Source: Chrysochromulina tobinii | Taxonomy: Eukaryota | DNA: 36,444 nt | Direction: 5' to 3' | Assembly: GCA_001275005.1 (NCBI GenBank) | Contig: JWZX01003333.1 | Coordinates: 1-36,444 of the forward strand | Part shown: positions 9,301 through 20,557 of the stretch, one piece after another | How the letters are laid out: every line of letters starts with the position of its first letter | How positions within the stretch are numbered: the first letter of the stretch is position 1 | The notes under the pieces: model-generated | What the model saw: the letters and a program-made list of their open reading frames with translations, nothing else | What the model was told of the DNA's origin: nothing | Databases searched by the model: none | Translations under genes and position numbers: made by a program

Positions 9301-9624
9301 GGTGATGCAGCCCACCATCGCTCTTATCGCTCCAGCTGTATTCATCGCTTCTTCTGTGAGCTCTTCCGTCGCCGAACTGTTGTCGGCCTTCGAGACGGTG
9401 ATCTTCAGGTTCTTCTGATCCCCGGTCTTGATGTTGGTGGGGATGTACCGCCAAGAATCGGTCCCGCCAAATCTCATCCAGACGATCGACCCCTTGAGGA
9501 GGTCTCTGGTTTCTCCCATTTTGGTGCTGTCAAATAATGCTGGCTTCGCGGGCGTGTCGCCCGCTGCCGGGTCCAGCACGAGGCCTGCCGCCTCGCGTGC
9601 CGTCCGACCCACTTCCTTGAGCAT
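6351..9624 (-). CDS. Gag-like ORF1 of the retroelement; exons ~9624-7842 and 7543-6351, with two compensating frame discontinuities near 9245 and 9083
   Basis: Position upstream of pol, Ala-rich linkers and a C-terminal Cys cluster (LPCAFAAFACGCKGGAIGSPPCRSC). ORFs 9157..9624, 8979..9227, 7552..8997 and 6351..7385 join into one protein. The Gag identity is positional only. Confidence 0.65.
7544..7841 (-). other. Spliceosomal intron (298 nt, phase 1) inside the gag-like ORF
   Basis: Donor AACG|GTGCGC at 7841, branch GCTGAC at 7575-7570, acceptor CTCGCAG|GT at 7544. Removal gives ...KDALAGN-G-SIAAPVLLAQQGLLAFIE..., in frame with ORF 6351..7385. Confidence 0.75.
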
Positions 9625-10032
9625 AGCCTTCCCGAAAAAAGAAGGAGAGGCTGCGCCCGCGCTGCCTGTCGCACGCTGTCAAGTGGCGACGAGCCCTTGA
9701 TCTTCGTGAGGGATGGGGATTTCGTTTCCACGTTCCAGACGTTCACAGCACCTGTGAGGGGGCCGGCTGTGATTGTGGTTTTTGCTTATCCCCTGGCTTA
9801 TACCCCGTATAGCTGTGACCTAGATCTGCTGGACCCAGTGTCGTGACCACGCCGTCGGCTCGACGCTCCCGGGGACACTTCACCCCCTCGGGCACAGCCC
9901 AAGGACCCACCCTGCGGCAAAAGATCGTCGAGGTGTCCGACTTTTTCATGTACATGTATAGTAACGTCCGAACATCGGGTCGCGTCGGACTCCGAGGATT
10001 TCCGGACGCCAGCTCTCCTGCGCGCCGACGAG

Positions 10033-10881
10033 ATGCCAGTCATCCTGCCCGTGCCCACCGCCGAGGGCGTCGACGAGCCGTCCATCGCCGATAGCAGTGC
10101 GCTCCACAAAGAGAGTCCGCGATATTGCGAACTCGTGCGGCAGGCGCTGGCGATGCGCGCGGGCGTTGGCTTCGGCGACGTTGAGCGGCTTGACGCCTTC
10201 CGGCTAACGGGGCCGGACAACCACGGGCGCCCCGTGTTCATGTTCCTTCCGGCTGCGATCCCCGAGACGGAAGAGACAGAGGCCATCGTCGAGAAGCTCA
10301 CGCTCTACGTGCTCTCGCTGGTACATGATCTGGTAGTCAACCAGCAGCAGGGCTACACGGCCATCTGGATGTGCAACAACCACTCAGAGTCGCGGCCGCT
10401 CTCCGCCCGCTGGTTCTACAAGATGCATCGATGCGTGCCGTACTGCTACCACGAGCGCCTCGCCGGCCTCTGCCTGGTGCACCCGTCGGTCACCGTGCGC
10501 TGCCTGATCTTTCTGCTCTCGTACCTGCCGCGCGTCTCGTTTTGGGAAAAGCTCAACTACTGCGACCGTCTCGAGTTCCTGGACGCGGACGTGCCGGTCG
10601 CGCTCATCAAGACCGTGCCACAGCTCTACAAGGACTACGACAAGCAGCTCGACCGCGAGATGTACGAGAGCTCGGACCGGCTCGGCGCGGGCGGCGCCCT
10701 CGGCGGAAGCAGTATGGCGGGCATGGCAGGCATGGGCGGACTGCCCGGCGGGCTGGGCATGGGTGTCGGCGGCATGGGCATGGGTGGCGTGCCTGGCGTC
10801 TACGGCGGCGCGAGCGCCGAGGGCGAGCAGTCGGTGCGGCCTAAGGTGGACCTGCCCAAGCGCAATTGGGAGACGGACTGA
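10033..10881 (+). CDS. CRAL-TRIO/BCH (Sec14-like) domain protein with a Gly/Met-rich tail
   Basis: GPDNHGRPVFMFL, YHERLAGLCLVHPS and SFWEKLNYCDRLEFL resemble the BCH/CRAL_TRIO_2 consensus; clean 282 aa ORF. Confidence 0.85.
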   Translation: MPVILPVPTAEGVDEPSIADSSALHKESPRYCELVRQALAMRAGVGFGDVERLDAFRLTGPDNHGRPVFMFLPAAIPETEETEAIVEKLTLYVLSLVHDLVVNQQQGYTAIWMCNNHSESRPLSARWFYKMHRCVPYCYHERLAGLCLVHPSVTVRCLIFLLSYLPRVSFWEKLNYCDRLEFLDADVPVALIKTVPQLYKDYDKQLDREMYESSDRLGAGGALGGSSMAGMAGMGGLPGGLGMGVGGMGMGGVPGVYGGASAEGEQSVRPKVDLPKRNWETD

Positions 10882-11213
10882 GAGAGATAACTTACAGTAG
10901 AGAATCAGGTCTTAGAAATCGCCAGAGGCCAGTCCGCTGCCTCTCGTGGCACTCGACGGTTTTCCTATACCTCGTTGTCAGCCCCGGTGTCAGCCGCGCC
11001 TCGTGCGCGTGCATGCAATTGCGTGCATGCTCGTGCGCGGGGGAGCGCGGCTCCCTGAAAGCGACACTGCTTAACTCAGGAAAGCCTCTTCAAGTTTCGA
11101 ACCAAAGAATTCACTCCTCACCTGTTTCCCCACAGGGGAGTCGGCCCGGCTCGCTCGGCCACCATTCACAATGAGAAAGGAGGGGCTGCAAAAGAATTTC
11201 GCCCGAAGCGCGA

Positions 11214-12425
11214 ATGTCAACTGTGGACCCGTCGAGGCTCAAGGTCTCGGAGCTCAAGGCCATCCTGCGCGAGCGAAATGTGGCATTTGAAGGTGCGGTC
11301 GAGCGGCAGGACCTGCTTGATCTTGTGATGCAGAGCGGTGGGCTTCCAGGGACAGCGAGCAAGGCAGGAGCTGGCCGGAAAGAGCGCAAAGCATCCGGCA
11401 TACCGAGTGCGGATCGCCAGCGTCAGGATGAGAAGGGCGAAGCGGCCTACTTGCGCCTCGTTGCGGCAGCAGACGTGCTGAAGATCAGCGTGGACGCGGC
11501 TGATGATGTCGTCAAAGCGGCTCACACAAGGCTTGCAAAGGAACACCACCCGGACCGTGTGGGAGCGGACGATCGGGAGAGGGCAACGGCGCTCTTCATC
11601 GAGGCGCAGGCGGCATTCGAGCTGATCGTGTCGGTGCCGCATAAAGCGCGCGCCCACGCTATGCGCACCGCCAAACGGAAGTTGGCTGCTCGTCAGCAGG
11701 CCACAGCTGCCGCGGGGCTGAGCAGCGGCACAGAGCTCAGCAGCCCAGATGACGTGCCGGAGACGTGGCCCGAGTTGGTCTCAGCGTCAGATGCAGAGCA
11801 GCAGGCGTCGACGGCGCATCGTCATCGGAGAGCTCCGCCGCCGCAACAGCAAGACCAGGCCCCAAGGCGTGCCCAAGACGGCGGGACGCCGAGACGAGGC
11901 CCCTCTCCCGTCGCGGGGACCCCAAGACGGAATCCGCAGCAGTTCCAGGACATCTTGGCGGAGGCGGCACGCGAAAGCACCAGGGCCGCCCGCCCTAAGT
12001 CTGCTCAGGCCATGGCTCAGGGACCAGTGCCGCAGGAGATGGAATCTCGCGCTGGACCGACCGATACGGGAGAGAACCGACGCGGCGATGGGTTTGACGA
12101 TGGGCTAGGCCCGTGCATCGAGGTCTTCACGTGCTTTGCATTCGGCTACATACTGTGCCAGGACGGTCTCAACCGGTGCACCAAGTGCGTCTGCACCTGC
12201 GGCGGCCTACTCGATATCTCCGAGGAGGAGCTGCGATCGTGGGGCTATCGCGTGGAGGAGCACCAGATCGCGCGCTACAGGCACGAGCCCCAGCTCCCAC
12301 GAGATGGAGCCGCGGCACATCGAGCGCAGGTGCGACGCGCGGCGCGGTCGCACACGCAGGAGTTCGAGCAGCAGCAGTACGCGGCGTCGGGGATTAAATC
12401 CCCGGCCGGGATGCACAGAGTTTAG
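11214..12425 (+). CDS. J-domain (DnaJ-type) protein with an N-terminal SAP-like helical motif
   Basis: VLKISVDAADDVVKAAHTRLAKEHHPDR...FIEAQAAFELI contains the HPD motif; the N-terminus has LKVSELKAILRERNVAFEGAVERQDLLDLV. Confidence 0.85.
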   Translation: MSTVDPSRLKVSELKAILRERNVAFEGAVERQDLLDLVMQSGGLPGTASKAGAGRKERKASGIPSADRQRQDEKGEAAYLRLVAAADVLKISVDAADDVVKAAHTRLAKEHHPDRVGADDRERATALFIEAQAAFELIVSVPHKARAHAMRTAKRKLAARQQATAAAGLSSGTELSSPDDVPETWPELVSASDAEQQASTAHRHRRAPPPQQQDQAPRRAQDGGTPRRGPSPVAGTPRRNPQQFQDILAEAARESTRAARPKSAQAMAQGPVPQEMESRAGPTDTGENRRGDGFDDGLGPCIEVFTCFAFGYILCQDGLNRCTKCVCTCGGLLDISEEELRSWGYRVEEHQIARYRHEPQLPRDGAAAHRAQVRRAARSHTQEFEQQQYAASGIKSPAGMHRV

Positions 12426-12591
12426 AAATAAATAACATGAAACATCCCTGACCCAACGCAGGCATTGACCATTGTGAAAAAAAGTAAATGATAACATGAG
12501 CGAGGGTGGCAGCGGAGCACCAGGTCGCGCGGAACGAGTCCTGAGAGCATCGTTGCGATGACGGGGGTACCAGACATACCTGGGGGTAAAA

Positions 12592-15500
12592 ATGGTCCTC
12601 CATTGCATGCATTCGAATTCTTTACGAACCTGCCCGTTGATTTCGAGGAAAGTTGCGTCATCGCTCTCGGCCCAGTGCACAGGCTGCTGCTGCTCGAGTT
12701 GCCTCCCTCCCGTGGGCAAAATGCCTCCAGTGGGCAAATTGCCTCCCGTGGTCGCACACACAGCCCCGTCCGTTGGAGGAGATTGCCCATACATCCTGGT
12801 GACTGGTGCTGGCGAGGCGGCCGTCAACGGATTGTACGCGCTCGCCGCTCTCGCCAACGAACGGCCCACTTGGAAGGCGCTCACAAACGACGACGCTATC
12901 ATCCAATTCAATACGGCCGCCGAGGCGGACGGCTGGTTTGGCGCGGGCACGGGTGCCATCTACGCCATCGTGGACAAAACGCACAAGTACATCGCCAAGG
13001 ATACGGCCAGCACGGGCCTGCGCTCGCCGCCAACCACTGGCTTCGTCGCACGCTCGAAAAAGGTCAAGGAGCCCGCCCCGACGCTCGCGTGTGCCGCGGT
13101 GGCTCCCTCGTGCGCGCGTGCCCGCGCCATCGCATCGGGGCTCCCGTTTGCGTCGGGCGCGCTCTTCACGCGCAGCAGCTCCCTCGTGCCTCGGACAACG
13201 TACACGCACGCGCTCGCCGCCGGACAGGCGACGCTGAGCTGGCAGGACGCAAGCGCGGCGACTCGCGGGGCCACCGGCGGCGGCACGAGCGGCGGCGCCG
13301 CATGGCTGCTGATCGCGCCGGACGCTGTGAGCGGTCAGCCCCTGGCGCTCTTGAGCGCTCCTGATGCACTCTCGCGGGCGCTAGGCCCGCCTGTGAACAA
13401 TTGGATCCCGCGACCGAGCAAGCACAAGCCGAACAAGGGTGAGGCTCCTCCATCTCTGCGCCTTGAGTGCGCGTGCGGCGCGGCGCATTTCGAGTCGGCC
13501 GAGGCGCTCGGGTACCTTCCACGCTCGTCGAGCTGCGCACGCGAGTGTACGCAGGCGCCTGCGAGTAGCGCTTGCCTTGGCTGCCTGTGCGTGGCTTGCG
13601 GTGTGTGTCCGCCGCCGCCGCCGCCGCCGCCTGCGCCGCCCTCGCCGCCGCCGCCGCCACGAGATCCTTCGCCGCCGCCGCCGCCGCCGCAGCCGACGAG
13701 CCAGACGCTGCTCGCGACGGGCTTCGAAGATGGAGGCGGAGGTGTCGAGGTCTCTGACTCGGGCGGCGGCGGTGGCGGCGTGCTCATGCACGAGATGCCC
13801 TCGCGTGCGGCGAAGCGAATGGGAAGCTACGGCTTACGGCTCGAGGTGCGCATGGCCTTTGAGGCCTCCCTAATTGCCACCCTAATTGCCTCCCTAACTG
13901 TGCCACCTCCTTTTTGCTCCCCAATTGCCTCCCTCCTCCCTAATTGCCTCCCTAATTGCCTCCCCCATTGCCTCCCTAATTGCATGCAGGTGCGCAAGGC
14001 CTTTGAGCCGGCGTACAAGGGCAAAGTTCAGCTGGGCTCCTTTTTGGTCGCGGGGGGCTTCACGCTCCTAACGGTCTCGCTTTGGGTTCGCGCCGAGGAC
14101 GGCGCGCAGCTGCCCTTGCCCAAACTAGACGTCCTCGACGCCGATGAGGGCTATGAGTGGCTCGGATCGGCCGAACCCTGCCTCGTGTCGGCGACCGAGT
14201 GGCGGCAGTGCTCGGCGACCGTGGCGCTCGATACGGCGCGTAGGGGTCACGCACTCGAGTGCAATCTGGTCGTGGGCGGTCACGTGGGCGTTCTGTACGT
14301 GGACGACATCCTCGTCGTCCAATCGATCGCATCGCCACCCAGCCCGCCGACCCCGCCGCCGCCCGCCCCGCCCCTCGATCCGATCCTGCGCATCGAGACA
14401 TTCGAGACCTCGAGCGTGCAGCCGTGGCCTGCGCCTGAGGTGGGCTCAGCCGAGGCGGCGCTCTACAGCCGCCTCGCGGCCCCCGTGCACGCGCGCACGA
14501 TCGTCGCTAGTGATGGTAAGGAGGGCAAGATGGTCGCGGAGATCCCGTCGGGCGGCGGGCGGCCGCCCTCCAAACGCGCCGCGCGGATTGACGTCCAGTC
14601 AGTCTACCGGCCCGCCTGGCGCGCGCGACTGGAGCTGGGCAGGTACGTGGTGCAGCTGAGCGAGCTCCGAGTGCGACTGTGGGGGCGTGCCACCAGGCAC
14701 GTCGAGAGGGGCGATGGCAGGCGGTTGGACGGCGACGATGGCAGGCGGTTGGATGGCGACGATGGCAGCGACGATGGCAGGCGGTTGGACGGCGACGATG
14801 GCAGCGACGATGGCAGTGGTGCCGGCGCCGGCGAGAATGTGCGCGTGACGATTGACGTGACCGACGAGTCCGTGGGCGGCGAGTGGGTGGGCTCTGCTCA
14901 GCCGTTGTACTTTGGGCCCGTGTGGAAGGAGCACACGGTGACGGTGGTGCTTGACACAGCGCGCTCGCTCCACGTGCTTTCGCTGGCTCTGATCGTCGGT
15001 GGGACGGCGGCGGAGTATTGGGTGGACGATGTGGCCATCGAGCAGGCCGTGCCGCCCCGTGGGCTGCGCGAGGGGATCCTGTCCATCGGCTTTGAGGAAG
15101 ATGAACCTCATGACGCCGCGGACGGCGGCCTCGCCATCGTACGCCACCCAGCTGCCCCCGCAGGCGCCCTCCCTTATAGCCGTTCGACTCTCGCGGCTCC
15201 GCTGAGCACCGCCGACCGGATGATCGTACCGCCCGCTGTCGGGCCTACAGGAAGCCGTTGCGCCAAGCTCGTGGTCGAGCAACCGGCCGAGCCGCCCTGG
15301 TACCCGAAGCTCGGATGGCGCCTGATTGCATGCTGATTGCATGCTGATTGCACGCTGATTGCATGCTGATTGCATGCTGATTGCATGCTGATTGCATGCT
15401 GATTGCCTCCCTCATCAGGTACCTGAAGCTCCGGCTCGGAACCTTCCGTGCCGCGAACCAGATGCTTCACGTGGCGCTCACTGCACGGCTGGAGGCCGAC

Positions 15501-18500
15501 GGCGGTGTCGGCGAGTCGCCGCAGCCAAGCCGTCACCACCATCACGGCCGGCGCAGCGCAGAAGTCGCCGCCTCCGCGTCGAATGACGTGCCCCCGTTTT
15601 TCACCGTCGACATCGTCGATGGCGCAGATTGGATCGGGAGTTGGGTGCACTTGAACCTGAGCTCGAGCGCCTGGCAGCGGTACGAGGTCTCGGTGCCACT
15701 GCCCTTTTCGCGCCGCGGCCACTTTCTCGACGTCGCTGTGGTCGTTGGCCATCGGGCGGGCACGTACCTGATCGATGACGTGAATGTCACCCAAACGCTC
15801 GCGCCGCCGCCGCCGCCCGCACCCCCGTCGGTCGCCTGGGGTGCCACTTACGACTTTGAGAGGTTGCCCAGGGTGGAGGGGGGCGCCATGGCCGTGCGTC
15901 TCATCACGTATACGCCCGAGGCGGCTGCGGGCGCGAGTGCGGACCTCTGTGCCTCGTCCGCCGGGCGCGCGGGTGGGCACGGCGCCATGATCACCGTCAG
16001 CCGGGCGCCAGCTCAGCCATGGCATACGCGGATCGGTCTCGGGCTCTTTGAAGCACAACGCGCGGCACTGGTCCTCAAATTCTCCGCCAAGCTCGCGTCG
16101 CCCGCCGCGGGCGCTCAGCTCACGCCGCCACCGCCGCCGCCGCCCTTCCCGCCGCAGCCGCCTCCCTCTGGTCTAGCCATGCCATGCACGAATGCACACG
16201 GCCCTACGGATTCCAAGGTCGAGAAATGCATGGGCTGGTGCACCGAAGGGGCCGCCTCCCAGCGTTCACAGCGCTGTGCCTATTGCAAGTGCCGCCAGTG
16301 CCCGGCATGCCTGGCGGCAGCGGCCACGGGTCCCTTTCTAACGGTGAGCGTCACCGACGCCGACAACGCCTCCGAGTGGCTGGGCTATTGGCAGAGACTC
16401 AACCTGAGCTCCGCCGAATGGCGACAGTTTAAGGTGACGGTGCCGCTCTCCGCCGCCAAGCGCGGACACACGCTCGAGACTTCGATCGTTCTCGGGCACG
16501 CGGCCGGCGTGTACCTGATCGATGATGTCTCCATCTACCAGACGGACCCGGTCGCGCTCGCTCTCCAAGTCGGATTCGAAGAGCCCGACGCCGCCGTCGT
16601 CGCTGTGGGCACAGGTGGCAGTGTCGCTGTGCCGGTGGCCGGGGGCGGCCTGATGACGGCCAATCTCGCCTCTGAGGCGGCGGCGCACGGCGGCGGCAAG
16701 GGCGCCGAGGTGGTGATCCGCGAGCTGTTCACACCAGCCTGGCAGGGGCGTCTGGAATTAGGCACGATCGTAGCTACCCTCAATGCGCTCACCATTCGCC
16801 TCTGGGGACGCGCGAGTCGCCCCGCGCCCATCCACGCCAATCTCATCGACAGCGCGGCGGCCTACGAGTGGTTGGCGTTTTGGGAGCCTCTCAATCTGAC
16901 GAACCACTGGGCAGAGCACTCAACTGTCGCGCCGCTCGACCCTACGCGCCGAGGACATCGACTCCAAATGTCCCTCGTGATGGGTGCCATCGCCGCCACG
17001 TACTCACTCGACGACATTTCACTCACGCAGAGCTGTGAAAACTGGCCGACGCCCTGGCTGCCGCCGGCGCCACTCGGCTCACTCTATACGGGCTTCGAGG
17101 ACTGCACTGGTGCTATCCCCCGGATGGACAGCGCCACGTCGAGCGGCGGCGCCCGGTACAGCGCGACGTCGGGCGGCGGCGCCCGAGACAGCGCGACGTC
17201 GGGCGTCGGTAGCAGCGGTGGCAGTCCGATCGCAGCAGAGCTGTACGCGCCCATGGCGGCGCGTACCGGCCAGCTGGGGATGAGGCTCAAGGTGCGGCGC
17301 CACCTGCATATTGATGAGGAGCGACCCAAGCTCATCCTCGGCAGCTTGATCCTGGCGGACGCGTCGCGCGCTTCGGATGCAATCCTTCTGTCGCTCTGGG
17401 CCAAGATGCAGGTGTGCAAGCAGACACCGTGGAACGCCTCTGAGCGCCACTCAGTGTCATTGAGTGCCCTTGGTAGTGTGCCCTTGGTAGTGGGTGCCAC
17501 AGTGGTCCAGTGCCACGGAGAGCCTAGAGTCCCTTGATTGCCGCTTGAGCTCCCTTGATTGCCCATTGATTGCCCATTGATTGCCCATTGATTGCCCATT
17601 GATTGCCCTTGATTGCCCATTGATTGCACTTGATTGCCCCTTGATTGCCCCTTGATTGCCCTTGATTGCCACGGAGAGCCTCCGAGTCCCACACCCCTTG
17701 ATTGCCGCTGATGAGCGCCAAGTGACCCCCGATCGTTCTTCCCACAGCCCGGCGAGACGGCGGAGCACGGCGAGACACCTCCGTCGATCACCTTCGAGCT
17801 ACTCGACGTCAACCAATCGTACACGTGGATTGGGCACTGGCGTGCGTGCAACATGACGCACGGGCGTGCGTGGACCAAATGTGCTGCCGAAGTCCCCATC
17901 ACGCCAGCTCTCGCGCTGCACGTGATTCAAGTGAGCATCCTCTTTGGAGCGGTACGCGCCTCGTATCTCGTCGATGATCTCGCCGTCGAGCTCTGATGAG
18001 CTCTGATGACCTCTGATTGCCTCCCTCATCAGGTACGCGCCTCGTATCTCGTCGATGATCTCGCCGTCGAGCAGCGCTCTCGTTCGAGCAGCGCCGCCGC
18101 GAGCCGCTCGTATGTGCTCCTGTCCGAAGGCTTCGAAACCGCCGCAAGGCCGCCCAAGCCGCTCGCCTACGGTGCGCATCTCGAGGCGCGCATGTGCATG
18201 CATGCATGCATGCATGCATGTGCTCACCACGGCGCCCGGTGTTCCCCACAGGTGCGCATCTCGAGGCGCGCATGTCCGATGGGGGGTCGGCGATAGCCGC
18301 GGGCATGCATGCCGACTTGCATGCCGCCGACGCGGCGCATGCAAGGCATGGGAGCAAGGCGGGCGCGCAGGTGCGCGTGCCGGCGCGCCTCTCCCCCCAC
18401 CAGCAGACCCTGAGCATGCATGTGCTCATCACGGCGCCCGGTGTTCCCCACAGGTGCGCGTGCCGATGCTTCCGCCGGCGGCGGGCGGCGGCGGCGCACG

Positions 18501-20557
18501 CAAGCCGCTGCTCGCGCTGGGCAAGTTTCACGCGGTCGCGGGCACGTTGCGCGTGGCGGTTTGGGCGAGGGCGGGCGCCGTCGCGGGCGCCACCGCCAAG
18601 GATCTCGCGCTCGGCCTCGAGGTGCTTGACGAAACTGACGAATTCCGCTGGCTCGGGAGCGCCACGACGGCGCCTGTGGGCAGCGCGTGGAAGAAGCTTA
18701 GTATGGAAGTGGACGTGGCCGAATCGGTCGATGGACACCTGCTTGACGTGTCCCTCACGTTTGGGGGCGGAGGCAATTACGATCTCGACGACCTCGAGAT
18801 CACGTGCCCGGAGCGCGCGCTGTCCACAATCCTCAACGTGACGTTCGAGACGAGCGACGCAGTGACCCTCGCCCCGCGCGTCGCCGCGGGCGCCCAATAC
18901 GACGCGCTTCGCACGGCGCTCACGCTCGACGCGCCCATCGCCGGCGCCGGGCGCGCGTCGGCCCACGGCGCCGTGCTGGGCGTCTCTCAGCGCTTCGTCA
19001 ACCCGAGCGATGCCAAATTACGCCTCATCAGGGTGAGCGCCGTTCCGGGCATCCTCAACGTCTCCCTGTGGGTGAAGCTGGCGGACGCGTCCTCTGTAGC
19101 CAGGCTCATCAGCAGTGGCGGCAGCGACAGCAGCGAGACTGGCAGCAGCAGCGGCGGTAGCAGCAGCAGCAGCAGCGGCGGTAGCAGCAGCGGCAGCAGC
19201 GGCGGTAGCAGCAGCAGCAGCAGCGGCGGTAGCAGCAGCGGCAGCACGGGCAGCGGCAGCACTGGCGGCAGCAGTGCAGCTTCGAAGAAGAAAAAGAGCT
19301 CGTCATCAAGCTCCCACAGCTCGTCATCATCAGGCTCATTAGCCAGCCACGGGCGCGAGCTGCTGGCAACGGCGAGCGGCGGCGCCAGCGCCGGCAAGGG
19401 CGGCAAGGGCGGCGGGTCGGCGCCCGGGGCGGCGCCGTCCGGTCCATACGTCAAGATCGAGGTCCTCGACGAAACTGCGGACTTCGAGTGGCTCGGCGCG
19501 TGGATGACGTTCGCCATCAGCGCCTCCGAATGGACGCGCATCGAAGCCATCATTCCCATTCACACCTCCCGTGCCGGCCATTCGCTCGACGTGGCGCTGG
19601 CAGTGGGAGCTGCGACTCCGGGGATACTGCTCGACGACATCGTCATCGCCGCCCCTTCGCTCGTGGGCGCCGGCGTACCGGTCAAGGCGCTGAGCGTCGG
19701 CTTCGATGATGTGGCAAGCACGCGACACATTGGCGTCATCTACTCGGGGGGCACCCCTGGCACCCCTACCATCCTCGGAGGCGGCCCCCATGTACGCTTG
19801 CAGCTGAGCTCTGATGACCTTTGATTGCCTACCATCCTCGGAGGCGGCCCCCATGTACGCTTGCAGCTGAGCTCTGATGACCTTTGATTGTCTTATTGAT
19901 GGCCTCTGATGGCCTCTGATCACCTCTGATCGCCCCTTGATTGCCTCTGATTGCCTCTGATTGCCCTCTGATCGCCTCCTTCATCAGGTGCGCGTGCAGC
20001 TGAGTTCCCCACACGCCGCCCGCACCGGGGTCGCCGGCGCGATGTTCAACGTGCTCGAACCGGTCGGCGCGCCCGCGACGGCGCGCCTGGCCATCTGCAC
20101 CGTCGTCAGCGCCATGCCGGGCGCCCTCAAGGTTGCCTTTTGGGCGCGAACGCCCGAACGGCATCCGGCGCCGCGCCTGGCAGTGGACTTTTTGGATGCG
20201 AGTGACGGCTGGCACTACCTCGGGTTAGCCGATGACTTCCGGCTGAGCACCACGTGGCAGCGCTTCGAGGTCTCCATCCACTTGGGCGCGAGTCGGGTGG
20301 GCCATAAGATCGAGGTGGCGTTACAACTTGGCCGAGCAGCAGAGAACCCTAATTGCCCCCTAATTGCCTCCTAATTGCCTCCTAATTGCCTCCTAATTGC
20401 CTCCTAATTGCCTCCTAATTGCCTCCAGGTGGCGTTACAACTTGGCCGAGCAGCAGGTGTCATCCTCCTCGATGATCTCGAGGTCTGGGGGCCTCGCTCG
20501 GCCGACGGGTACCCGCCGCGCGCCATGCCGCCGCTGCTGCCCGAGCCGGAACCCTAA
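12592..20557 (+). CDS. ~2270 aa repeat protein with about eight galactose-binding-like/CBM-like beta-sandwich modules and Pro-rich or Ser/Gly linkers; 9 exons
   Basis: Exons 12592-13845, 13990-15299, 15419-17411, 17748-17951, 18033-18171, 18252-18370, 18454-19791, 19988-20314 and 20429-20557 join with consistent phases at GT-AG sites. The recurring module is GFE...LWxR...YEWLG...WxxxxVxxxL...GHxLxxxLxxG...YxxDDxxI. The start codon is uncertain (12592 or 12721). Confidence 0.75.
13846..13989 (+). other. Intron (144 nt): exon-duplicated 5' end and (CCTAATTGCCT)-type repeats
   Basis: Starts GTGCGCATGGCCTTTGAG; the next exon starts GTGCGCAAGGCCTTTGAG; ends ATGCAG. Confidence 0.85.
14710..14818 (+). 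repeat. Coding tandem repeat (GDDGRRLD / GDDGSDDG)
   Basis: Repeated GACGATGGCAGGCGGTTGGAYGGC units within exon 2 of the large gene. Confidence 0.85.
15300..15418 (+). other. Intron (119 nt): exon-duplicated 5' end, (CTGATTGCATG)n array, family A 3' end
   Basis: GTACCCGAAGCTC versus next exon GTACCTGAAGCTC; ends GATTGCCTCCCTCATCAG; splicing restores PPW-YLKLRLG. Confidence 0.88.
17412..17747 (+). other. Intron (336 nt) with an internal (TTGATTGCCC)n array
   Basis: CAG|GTGTGC...TTCCCACAG|CCC restores WAKMQ-PGETAEH; the array is flanked by two copies of TGCCACGGAGAGCCT..GAGTCCC. Confidence 0.8.
17952..18032 (+). other. Intron (81 nt): perfect 40 nt duplication of the next exon, family A 3' end
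   Basis: 17952-17991 equals 18033-18072; ends CTGATTGCCTCCCTCATCAG. Confidence 0.9.
18172..18251 (+). other. Intron (80 nt): 24 nt duplication, family B 3' end
   Basis: GTGCGCATCTCGAGGCGCGCATGT at 18172 and 18252; ends GCATGCATGTGCTCACCACGGCGCCCGGTGTTCCCCACAG. Confidence 0.88.
18371..18453 (+). other. Intron (83 nt): 12 nt duplication, family B 3' end
   Basis: GTGCGCGTGCCG at 18371 and 18454; ends GCATGCATGTGCTCATCACGGCGCCCGGTGTTCCCCACAG. Confidence 0.88.
19112..19340 (+). repeat. Coding Ser/Gly low-complexity linker
   Basis: (AGC)n/GGC repeats encoding SSSGGSSSSSSGG. Confidence 0.85.
19792..19987 (+). other. Intron (196 nt): degenerate exon duplication, internal ~62 nt re-duplication of the donor junction, family A 3' end
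   Basis: GTACGCTTGCAGCTGAG versus next exon GTGCGCGTGCAGCTGAG; ends CGCCTCCTTCATCAG. Confidence 0.82.
20315..20428 (+). other. Intron (114 nt): 28 nt duplication and (CCTAATTGCCT)n array
   Basis: GTGGCGTTACAACTTGGCCGAGCAGCAG at 20315 and 20429; ends GCCTCCAG. Confidence 0.88.

Larger units (their letters stand above)
1..9960 (-). mobile_element. Tyrosine-recombinase retrotransposon (DIRS/Ngaro/PAT class); 3' end beyond the left edge, 5' boundary approximate (~9700-9965)
   Basis: Co-oriented gag-like, RT-RNase H and tyrosine recombinase ORFs in gag-pol-YR order, with no DDE integrase or protease motif recognised. Terminal repeats could not be paired within the window. Confidence 0.9.

Noticed and set aside
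339..9537. Long plus-strand ORFs over the retroelement (e.g. 339..1079, 2146..3114, 3778..4560, 7514..8245)
   Set aside because: Antisense shadows of GC-rich coding sequence with no recognisable motifs.
9700..9965. Terminal repeat matching positions 1-220
   Set aside because: Only a weak match was found by eye (GTCGTGRCCA); the partner repeat probably lies outside the window.
13612..13695. (CCG)n tracts as standalone microsatellites
   Set aside because: They encode in-frame poly-proline linkers of the large protein.
15322..15410. Intronic arrays as CRISPR or as coding repeats (LIAC, SDCL, NCLP peptides in the ORF track)
   Set aside because: They have no spacers, lie between GT and AG, and their removal restores conserved protein frames.
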